The notes beneath the pieces were generated by a model that was not told where the DNA came from, did not search any database, and saw nothing but the letters and a program-made list of their open reading frames with translations. 55,682 nucleotides of DNA, taken from contig NW_014577089.1 in assembly GCF_000485595.1 (NCBI RefSeq), positions 450,868 to 506,549 on the forward strand, given 5' to 3'. Both the position numbers and the translations under genes were made by a program. This DNA is from Priapulus caudatus. Taxonomy: Eukaryota. Positions within the stretch are counted from its first letter, which is position 1, and every line of letters starts with the position of its first letter. Below, piece after piece: positions 36,186-46,000 of this stretch.

Positions 36186-37797
36186 GGATTAATCAGATGG
36201 AAGCATGAGTAATGATGATTCAGCAGTTTTATTTCTATGTGCTTTACAATCTGTGTCAGTATATAGACGGCGGAAGCAAAATTCGAAGATAGTCGGCCAT
36301 TTACTAGTAGACTGATAACCTGGCTACACGTCGTCACTTGTAACACGGAATCGTGAAGCCGGCATATGGAACGAATGTCAGGCGGGAAAAACGTGTTTCG
36401 TTCGACAGGGGACGCATGACTGCGTTTATCATACCTCAACCCTAGATTCCGCGCGCGAGCCGCTGTCCCGAGCGTTTCTGGCAGCCGGCAACCAGAAAGG
36501 TGGAGTGAAGAATAGGTCGTTAGATCGAGTTATAGATATTTACACTGTACTTTGTATAATTATATATCTATGGTTAGAGTTACGTATATGAGTACCTGAA
36601 TAAGTTGTACCTATATATGCATGTGAATGTATACACCCACATCCGGGCGCACACGTGCGCGCACACACATCTGTGTCAGTGTAGACGGCCGAAGCAAAAG
36701 CGGAGATACTCGGCCATTTACTAGTACTAGCTAGACTGATACTCGGGCTAAGTATTTTAAATTTCATAGCGGAATTTGCATTTGAAATAAGCGAGGGGCG
36801 ACCTGTTCTTAAATCACGCTTAGTGGCCGTGCCAAAAATGTACTTGACAGAATACCAGTGAAAAGGAGCAGCGACCGTGCACGTCTGCTTGGCGGTCTGC
36901 CTATATACCGAAATGCTATGCTTGCTGGTGCTGAAGCCGTTAGTTTCATCCACTAACACTTTGTTGAGATTATTCATGACAATTCGATTTATTTATTTAT
37001 TTATTAATAATGCGTGATAGCGATAATCGTATAGCGTTTAAATTGACTATACGTCACGAATTTTCTATGGTAAAATTTGTAAAATGTGTGTTGCAATTTT
37101 TTGTCATTAAAAGTAAGAACTAACGGGAATAAACGTATCGTCAAATTCTTACCTGATAAAATTGTTTTTCAACTAGTTAAAAATCCAAAAAACCTGGACG
37201 ATTTGATATTATGTTCCTAACATCAATTGCTTGCTATGGGCTATGTATGAGTCACGAGTGTATGTTCAAATCAAACAATATAGTAAAATAAGAAGTATAA
37301 TGCAGCAATTTAACCATAAAAAGTGAACAGAATTACTTATATTTCGTGAAAAAGTGGAAATATTTTGTTTATTTGTACTATTTACGGTGACGTAATAATT
37401 ACCACGATCGACTTGGTGAACATAGATGACCAGCTAGATGTGCAGTTCTTTTGCCGCTACGTGGGAAGCCAGGACGTACGCGTGCAGGAAGTGGAAATGC
37501 AATGCGTGAGATTCGCAAGAGATTCACAGACCTATGATCCAGAAATCACGGCAAATGATTCAAAGGAATATAATATATAATATAATAGTAATAATATAAA
37601 TAATATATATATATAATAATATAATATGATATAATAGTGCGATGTGAATAATGCCATGGCATCGGTACACTTGGTTCGCCCAACCGATTAGCCTGTGTTT
37701 CACCGTTCTCATGTCGGATGCAGCGTGCAAATATCACATAGTGACGTAGAAGTGGCGTAGAGACAGATAGTCACGCGACATCTGTATGTTGCCCGTT

Positions 37798-37949
37798 AGT
37801 AGCTCTATACCATGTTAATTTATACTGCCAGCACATTTACCCTTGTAATGTATACCACTGGTAGCTCTGCCCTTGTAATGTATACCACTAGTAGCTCTAC
37901 CCTTGTAAGGTATACCGCTAGCAGCTCTACCCTTGTAATGCACACCGCT
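37798..37949. repeat. Same 30-bp minisatellite, ~5 units, starting 7 nt after the glycosyltransferase stop codon
   Basis: Direct comparison with 35582-36012. Confidence 0.9.
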
Positions 37950-37956
37950 CGTCACG

Positions 37957-38982
37957 CTAGTCTTGTGTAAACTCGGGCCGTCCATTCCATCCTATGCGGA
38001 TAGGTCGCCGGGGGAAGTTGACGTACTCAGGATCCCATTCCATCACCAGCGGAGAATCACACGTTCCCGTCGTCTGCGTCTTCTCCTTGTAGTTCATTCC
38101 CAACTCACGGTGGTTACAGGTGAACGCAGCGCGCCCTGGTATCCGCGGGTATATGGTGTAGAGACCTTGGTGCCACAAGTAGTAGACCATGTACGACTCG
38201 GGCATCGAGCGCCGCTGCACGTGCGCCGTCGCCACCCACTCGTTCGTGATGAGCCTCTTATTGGGGATATACGGTATAAAGTCTCCCGTGCCGTTCGCCG
38301 ACCAGACCGTGTGCACCCATTTCCGGAATTTGCGCCACTGATTCGGAAGTGGTGCAGCGCCCCCTGTCGCGAAGAGACGGTAGGCGAACACCGGGTCGGT
38401 GCATTTGTGACATATGCGACCGGCTCTGCCGGTAGTGACGACGAGAATGCCGCGCTGCAGCGCCACGCTAAACACGGACGCGTCGTCGGCGTAGAATTGC
38501 AGAGCCGCCTTCAGCCAGCGGTAGAAGAACGGCGACAGTTCGTTGTCGTCTTCTATGATGACGGCGTAGTGCCCCGGTCGGTCGGTCTGCTGCCAGCAGT
38601 CGTACCACTGCGCGTACATGCCGACATTGTGCGCATGCGCGACGACGCTCGTCGATCCATTCGGGAACTTGAACTCCTTCGCCGCGCGCACGCAAGCTTC
38701 GTGTTCTGGCCGCCGGGTGGCGTTGCGCGGAAAGTCGACGCACACGCGCAGCGCGACTCTGTCGCCGTCATAATGGGCGGCGCGTATAGACTTCAGGAGG
38801 CGCTGCAGGCTGTGCGGACGGTCGGCACTGAGCACGATCAGCTGCAGGTGAAATGTCTGCGCGTCGCTGCTGCTGCTGCTGCTGCTGCTGCTTTCTGTCG
38901 GCGGCATTTGGTGAAACACGCTATGCATGATGATGAGAATCAATGCGGTTGCTAAAGCGACGATGTAGAATTTACACCTCAT
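37957..38982 (-). CDS. Intronless type II membrane GT-A-fold glycosyltransferase (341 aa)
   Basis: N-terminal signal anchor FYIVALATALILIIM and poly-Ser stem, then LIVLSADRPHSLQRLLKSIRAAHYDGD, GMYAQWYDCW and the DxD-like AVIIEDDNELSPFFYRWLK; single GC-rich ORF. Confidence 0.85.
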   Translation of the reverse strand: MRCKFYIVALATALILIIMHSVFHQMPPTESSSSSSSSSDAQTFHLQLIVLSADRPHSLQRLLKSIRAAHYDGDRVALRVCVDFPRNATRRPEHEACVRAAKEFKFPNGSTSVVAHAHNVGMYAQWYDCWQQTDRPGHYAVIIEDDNELSPFFYRWLKAALQFYADDASVFSVALQRGILVVTTGRAGRICHKCTDPVFAYRLFATGGAAPLPNQWRKFRKWVHTVWSANGTGDFIPYIPNKRLITNEWVATAHVQRRSMPESYMVYYLWHQGLYTIYPRIPGRAAFTCNHRELGMNYKEKTQTTGTCDSPLVMEWDPEYVNFPRRPIRIGWNGRPEFTQD

Positions 38983-39756
38983 GTCGTCAAATGTAACACG
39001 GCTTCACAGGACAGGTAACACGACGTCACATGCAGGCAACACGCCGTCACAGGAACACGTCGTCACAGCGAATGGATCGTGGAGGCGGCCGATGGAAAGA
39101 ATGGCAGGCGAGCGAAACGTGTTTGGTTCGCCAGGGGACGCATGACTGCTGTTTTAAACTAACTGGCATGGAGGTATATTGTACCGTGAAAGAGGTCGTT
39201 GATCTCTGCTCCGGACTCGTAGCAGTGTATAGTTAGCAAATGGTAGAGATGTTTCGTAGTGTCACGCATCAGGATAGAGCAATACAGCGTAGTCTTGTAA
39301 CAAACAGTATAGATGATGTAGTCGCAGAATTTGTTCTTAAATACTGACTTTATTAGTAAACACAATACAAATATATTTAGGCACCCAAGCCTAGGCCTCG
39401 TTTCTCGTCTTCGTCTGCTACATCTTGATAGAAAAGTCCAGGTAATAACTCACGTTTGATCTGGGTAATGACTAACGTATCTCCTCTGGGAAATAACTAA
39501 CTTATGATCTTTCGTCCGTGTCTATTTATACGTTTCCGAAACTGGCCGGCGACATCTCAATCCGACCAGTTTTCGTCATTACCGGCTGGATTTTGGCGGG
39601 GAGGCTACGCATATATATATCGCGCCCTTGTCATTACAAAAACAACAACGAATACCAGGCCAGAGCACAGTCCCACTGCTTCGCCTGGCTAGAAGCGCCC
39701 CTGGTTAATTATAACGCACAATGTACAATACAACATATATGATACATCAGATAGCA

Positions 39757-39773
39757 CGTGCGTGTGTGCGTGC

Positions 39774-39856
<83 letters not shown>

Positions 39857-39940
39857 CGTGTGTGTGAGTATGTGTGTGTATGTATGTGCGTGCGGGTGCC
39901 TATATGCCTGTGTATGCTTACGTACGCGCGTGTGTGTGTA
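39757..39940. repeat. (GC)n/(GT)n microsatellite
   Basis: Alternating purine-pyrimidine tract. Confidence 0.95.
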
Positions 39941-41003
39941 GATCACGTTGCTCTATAGTTGAGCTGTTGTTGCTTCTAATTGGTGATTTTTATGGCAGTA
40001 TCGTAAAACAACTCATGTCAATTACACGATTAATTAAGATTAAAATTAATTCATTAAGATTGCAAGATTAAAATCTCCTCGTTATTCTATATAATTTAAT
40101 AACCATGATAGCATTTTTTTGCTATAAAACCCATTTTTTATTGAAATAATTATGATACGATGGTGTCATTGCTGCAAGTACTTTTCTGTTACTAAATTGT
40201 AATATTTTAACAGTTTTTACACTATCCATAATTTTTTTATCAGTATCTAGCACATGTGCTCGTATTTGAATTATATGAATTAAAAGATTTAATTATATAT
40301 ATATATATATTTATATAGTATATATATATAGATAGATTATATACATATATATTATATATGTATATATGTATTACTATTATAGTAGATATATAATATATTA
40401 TATATAGAATATATATATAAGTACCAAAAAGATACTACAACATTATACTCCTGAATGATAATTTAACAGTACATAGGCGGCGTCGGACATAAAATTAGAA
40501 CAATTACGTGTAACATAAACAAGCAGACAAATAATGTGCCACACAATTCATGCAATTCAGGAATAGATATATACCTATGCTGTTCATAGTTAACATAGAC
40601 TAAGAATACAAGACAACCACTTATCGCTATATATACTAACTCTAGTCTCTATGTTAGTATAAATCAACAGGGCCCGTAAGGAAGGGGGGTGCGACGGGTG
40701 CGCGCGCACACTGGCTGCGGAGGTCCACTTTTTTGTGCCAACGATTTAAAAGAAAGTGAATTAATAAAAAAAGAGGCATCGTTTGCGTCTATTCGCTGAT
40801 TGTGGGAGTATAAATGTAATAAATAAGCAAAGAAAAAATTACAACGATTTTTAGGGAAACATAAAGCTATAGCCTGGGATTATATTTTATTTTATTATAT
40901 TTATTAATTTTATTAATTTTATAATATATTTAATTTAAGCCTGGTTTTTATCATTTTATTTCATATACATTCAATCACGAAAATTTCAACAGGTATACAT
41001 ATA

Positions 41004-41015
41004 TACGCGCGCGCA

Positions 41016-41059
<44 letters not shown>

Positions 41060-41093
41060 ACACACACACTACACACGACACTACACACACACG

Positions 41094-41146
<53 letters not shown>

Positions 41147-41197
41147 CACACACACACACACGCGCGCGCGCACGCACGCATGCACACATGCACACAC
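41004..41197. repeat. (CA)n compound microsatellite
   Basis: CA/CG alternating tract. Confidence 0.95.
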
Positions 41198-41482
41198 TCC
41201 TACATATATAGTATTACAACACTAAGAATAGTATCAGGCCGTAATCACGACGTGGATATTCGTCCGAGCATCGGTCATTAACCCCTGATAGTGATAGTGT
41301 CAAGAGTACGGTACATAATAGAGATTTCTATGATCAGCTATTATGTACTTTTGATAGTATCAGCTGAGAACAATAATTATTGTTCTGAGTGTTCTCAGAG
41401 TCAGAGTATCAGGCATACTCATACTCATAGGTATCAGCATGCTCTGCTGGTATCAGGAGTGTTTGTACGCACCCGGCAGATA

Positions 41483-41596
41483 GGTGCGATATGATATGAC
41501 TACTAGGCACTTAAAAAAAAACCCTAACCCTAACCTTAAACCTAAAAAATAAAAAAAATTTAATTAAAGTGCCTAGTAGTCATATCATATCGAACC
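41483..41596. mobile_element. Mini inverted-repeat element with TAACCC core
   Basis: CGATATGATATGACTACTAGGCACTT ... AAGTGCCTAGTAGTCATATCATATCG enclosing AACCCTAACCCTAACC. Confidence 0.7.
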
Positions 41597-41626
41597 TTTC
41601 TGCCTTCTGCGTTTGTACACGCATGC

Positions 41627-41640
41627 TGACGTCACTTCCT
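41627..41640. promoter_or_regulatory. Overlapping CRE/ETS motif (TGACGTCACTTCCT); candidate ZNF410 promoter
   Basis: Full CRE palindrome overlapping an ETS core, a second ACTTCCTG at ~41675 and a donor CAG|GTAACT at ~41764 suggesting a non-coding first exon. Confidence 0.45.
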
Positions 41641-41987
41641 CCTAAGCCTCGATCTCGATCTGTTTCTAGACTAGACTTCCTGCGAAAGAAAACCCTGCCT
41701 AGATGGGTTCCTTACCTCTACCATGTGGCGATAGATACTTTATCTTTATTTAGAGCACAGTCAGGTAACTCATCTAGGGCCCGCTAGGCTGCGAGGCTAA
41801 GCAACAATAGCAACAACATTGAACCTATGGCTATTGAACATAGACTAAGCAGAGTATTTATTAGTATTAATAATTTATATTAGTATTATTATACTATTTA
41901 TAAGTTTTTTTATAAGTTATGATTATTAGTCTTAGCTCTAGTACTAGTAGTAGTAGTACAGCCCGCGTACAGTTGCCGCTAGAAGCC

Positions 41988-42071
41988 TAGATACAATAAT
42001 GTAACCCAAACCCAAGAGGATAGGTTCCCTACCCCCTATCCTCTTGGGTTTGGGTTACATTATTGTATCTA
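41988..42071. repeat. Perfect hairpin: 37-bp arms, 10-nt loop
   Basis: TAGATACAATAATGTAACCCAAACCCAAGAGGATAGG / CCTATCCTCTTGGGTTTGGGTTACATTATTGTATCTA. Confidence 0.9.
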
Positions 42072-42120
42072 AGTTGCCGCAGGTAGTAGAGACTTTACTT
42101 TACTAGTCTTACTTTTGGCT

Positions 42121-42402
42121 GTTGCTGCTGCAACGGTACCGTCGCCGATTTTTTTTCTCTTAAAGTCACGGTAGTGATGCCAGCGCCATCTATCGGCGAC
42201 AGGTATTACAGGTAGGACCCTAACCCTAACCCTAACCCTAACCCTAACCCTAACCCTAACCCTAACCCTAACCCTAACCCTAACCCTAACCCTAACCCTT
42301 TTTGACGACAGGTAGCGCTCGTTGCGCTTATCAACCAATCAGGCGTCAGTACCGTGACTTTAAGAGAAAAAAAATCGGCGACGGTACCGTTGCAGCAGCA
42401 AC
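42121..42402. mobile_element. MITE with ~53-bp TIRs enclosing a (TAACCC)13 telomeric-type array (42217-42298)
   Basis: GTTGCTGCTGCAACGGTACCGTCGCCGATTTTTTTTCTCTTAAAGTCACGGTA and its reverse complement ending at 42402. Confidence 0.85.
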
Positions 42403-42494
42403 TTCGTTTACTTTTACTTAGAGTAGTCCGAGATTCCTCTGTCTGACCAATGCCCACACGGACGATTTTGAATTTTTGGTGGATTTGGTGTAGG

Positions 42495-42758
42495 TTACCC
42501 CTAACCCTAAACCTAACCCTAACCCTTATCCTAACCCTAACCATATATCAAATAGTGACCAGGGTATGTTTCTGTATACCGGACCATACCCAGGGTACGT
42601 TCCGGCAGTACCCTGGGGGACATGGACCCTATGACTATGACTATGAGCCTTACTAACGCTGAGAGGGTCTATGTCCCCTGGGGTACTGCCGGAACGTAAC
42701 CTGGGTACGGTCCGGTATACCGGAACGTACCCTGGTACTATCTAATATGCCGGACCGT
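42495..42758. mobile_element. Right half followed by left half of the TAACCC-containing MITE family seen complete at 55144-55356
   Basis: CCTAACC..ATCAAATAGT.ACCAGGGTA..CCGGCAGTACCCTGGGGGACATGGACCCTATGA then GCTGAGAGGGTCTATGTCCC..GGTACTATCTAATATGCCGGACCGT. Confidence 0.75.
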
Positions 42759-43040
42759 CTGCCTGACAGTATATAACTTCTATACCGTCCATATCACAGC
42801 TGACCCAAGATTATTTAACATTCATGTGCATGAGTACATCAGTAACAGTATCACCAGAAGCAAGCAACTCTAAATTGACACTGTTTGTAAAGTATGACAA
42901 TTTCTTACAACTTCAGATTTCAAAGCCATTTGGTAATCTACACGATCATTGAGTCGGCAGCCAGTGCCAGACAGCAATACTGTCAAAGTAGGCATAGCAA
43001 CGTTCACACTGGTTATGATGGAGCAGCTGAGGTGGTTACC

Positions 43041-46000
43041 ATGGAAGATTACAAAGAAAGCAGAAGTGGTGGTCAGGTCGTTTTAAGAAAAGCAACAGCG
43101 GAACGTGAACAGAACGAAAAAGATGGTAACAGTGGCAACTGGAAGCTAAATCGATCCATGTGATGTTTCTCGGGAAAATGTGTTCAGCATAAATGGCTGA
43201 TGAATATTACGATTATTGAAGTCCCATATATTAGAGAAATTTTCCCGTGTGATGCTCTGAGAAGGGGTAGTCTTTTGTGGCAAATATACAGATGAGTGTA
43301 GAAGTTTTAATCCATTAATCACTAGTGAGTCGTGTGTGTGTATTTCATATTCTAGATACTGCGAGTTACTCGTCATCGGAATATTTGTGCTACAGGGATG
43401 ATGGTGATTTGAATGTCAGATATTTTCTTAAAGATGCAGATATATAATTCGTGATTCAAATTTTATTTCTTTTGATATGTGCGAAGGAAACCGAAAAAGG
43501 AGTAGCAGAAGCAAACATGAGGGGAAATATGGTTAATTTCTCTCATGAGGCATTGGCCAGGCAACTGCAGGAGAAAGCAGAACTCGTCTGTATTGGAATG
43601 GCCCCTGGTGACCAGTCGTACAGGCCAAACTATCTGCCACCAGAGGAAGACTGCTGCACTCGTGGAGACAATGAGACATGTAAACATGATAAGTCAATAA
43701 CAGCCTAATCTTATCCACATGGTTTTAAAAAGTTCTATATAGATGTTTTTATCTGTACAATTTCCCGTAGAATGAAATATTATTGTAGGTCTCACTTGAG
43801 GTGGCGGCGTGAGTAAGACATTGCTCATACAACTCGGGCAAGTGTGACCACTCTGTAGCAAAGTCTGTCATTCACCAATGTCTAACGTCTACCCTTAAGT
43901 TTTGTTGAACCACAGGAGTGCATCTTTGCCATTTATTACTCATTACTGTTACACACCTTTCTTAGCAACATTATAACAGTGTGATTTCTAATTGCAGCTG
44001 ATAATACATCTACTGAGAGCATCCAGCAGGTTGCAAAGACGGGATATAGACCAGGCCTAGGCCGTCATCAATTGAATATAAACAATGGCGAGCAGGAGAA
44101 GAATTCTATGGAGTGCCCCATGGAAGGATGCACTAAGACCTTCACCTGGCCTGCCCATCGCAAGTACCATCTTCTCACTCACAGGTACTAACTAGACAGA
44201 GTGCACTCACGGAGTGCATACCTTCGCCAGCGACATACGCCATACGACTCACGAACACACGAATAACCCACGATATACGCCAGCGTACTGACACGTACAC
44301 GCTCCCATGTAACATGTATGTGTTATGAGCTGGCTCGCTGGGCTCGCTGGCTTGCTGACTCGCTGGCTCGCTGGGTGATATCGATCAACCGCCAACGACA
44401 TACGCCATATGACTCGACGTGCTAATATCGATCGCGCGAACACACGAACACACGAGAGCGAAAACATAACCTCCTCCAACTCCGTTGGGCGGAGGTAAAC
44501 ATATGCAGTCAAGCCCATGTCAGCAGCCACCTCCACAAAACAGCCACATTTGACATTTCCCTTGAGAGGCAACTATACAGTGGAATTACTGAATAATGGC
44601 CTCCTGTCCATAGTTACTACTTTTGCTGTTTCCTTTGATTGGCCATTATATACAGGTTTGACTATCTATATAGCCTATTATATATGTCAGACTAACAAAC
44701 AGCTGACTCATTGATTTACATTTAACACTGCATGATTATTTGCAATGATTAAGTTTTGGAAGCGTATTTTTCATTTGTGTGGCATAGTGGGATTAATATC
44801 GTTGTTTATCAAAACTATGTTCAACCTTGTTTTGCCGCACAGACTTGAAATTTCTCATACAAGTGGTAATGCCCTTGATCCAATATTGTTATATCTAGTT
44901 GGTCAGGTCAACCTAGGTGTTATATCTAGTCAGGTGAGGATCTTGCTATACAGTTATAGTGAATCCTTCCTTAGAACCTTGCGTGGAGTTCTTTCCTTGC
45001 TCAAGATGGCTTTATTTGATTGCTTTTTATATTTTAATTACTTGTTTTTTTATTTCACATACATTTTTAGCTCACCTTGACATCGTCAAGATGAGCTATT
45101 GCCATGGGGTGTCGTCCGTCGTACGTCCGTACGTTCGTCCTTCTGTCTGTCCGTCCGTCCGTCTGTCCATCAACATTTGGCTACAGTCAACGATAACTTG
45201 AGAACCGTTTGACCCACATGTTTCAAATTGTATACAGTTGTTACTCTTATGGGAGAGATGTGAACGTCCTATTTTGGAGCATGCTAGTTGACCTACTTTC
45301 GAGTCACGTCCACTTTTTGGCAAAAATATAAATGGCCATAAGTCAGTTCAGGTTCAACGGATTTTGCTCATTTTTGGTATGTGAATGAATAAGGAGTGAC
45401 CCCAAAACATATCACAGGGGTTTTAATATTTCTAAAAAATTATGCAAATTAGGTAGATTTTGGCAGCTTCACTATGCATTTCAGTGTCTGCCTACGGTCA
45501 ACGATAACTCAAAACCCGTTTGACCCACATGTTTTAAATTGCATATAGTTGTTACTCCTATGGGAGGGATTTGAACGTCCTATTTTGGAGCACGCCAGTC
45601 GACCTACTTTCGAGGCACGCCCGCTTTTTGGCAAAAATGGAAATGGCCATCTAGATTTATTCGATTTTGTTAAATTTACCTAACCTACCTACCTACCTAA
45701 TCATACCTACGTGTAATATTGTGTTTTAGATTCTTTGTTGCAGTAATTTGACTGGAATAGTTTATTGCTTTTATTTGCACGATAATCGAAAACCAAAATG
45801 GCGATCATTTAGGCGTAGCGCCATCTCTCTCTCTCAGATTTCAGACTTTCAGATCTGAAACATTTATTTTCGCATCAGAACTAACCCTGAAACAAAACAA
45901 GAAAATTTCTATTAGTATAAAACGGGGAGTAAGGACATTTGATCACATTTCCGTCCGTCATAAATGAAACACTTACCAAATTTTAAATATCATCTCCCTC

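Larger units (their letters stand above)
34980..36423 (-). pseudogene. Degenerate tandem copy of the glycosyltransferase locus (3' flank, last 8 codons and 5' flank; coding body absent)
   Basis: ~34980-36048 aligns by eye to ~36810-37985, including ...GRPEFTQD-TAG. 36327-36423 aligns to 39056-39149 (AAACGTGTTT.GTTCG.CAGGGGACGCATGACTGC). Confidence 0.7.

Noticed and set aside
36020..36439. 139-aa ORF ending GRPEFTQD as a second glycosyltransferase
   Set aside because: Only the last 8 codons are homologous; the rest is translated microsatellite and flank.
37963..38955. 330-aa + strand ORF antisense to the glycosyltransferase, and similar overlapping ORFs at 50341-53932
   Set aside because: Shadow ORFs caused by high GC; they have no recognisable motifs.
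39689..41195. ORFs of THTH/VCVC/RVRV type
   Set aside because: Translations of dinucleotide or hexanucleotide repeats.
42217..42298. (TAACCC)13 as a true telomere or chromosome-fusion scar
   Set aside because: It is short, enclosed by matching TIRs and has no head-to-head TTAGGG array; it is better explained as MITE cargo.
43487..43679. Possible extra ZNF410 exon (ETEKGVAEANMRG...DNET)
   Set aside because: Open and exon-like, but it needs a weak phase-0 donor upstream and has no recognisable homology; left out of the model, not excluded.
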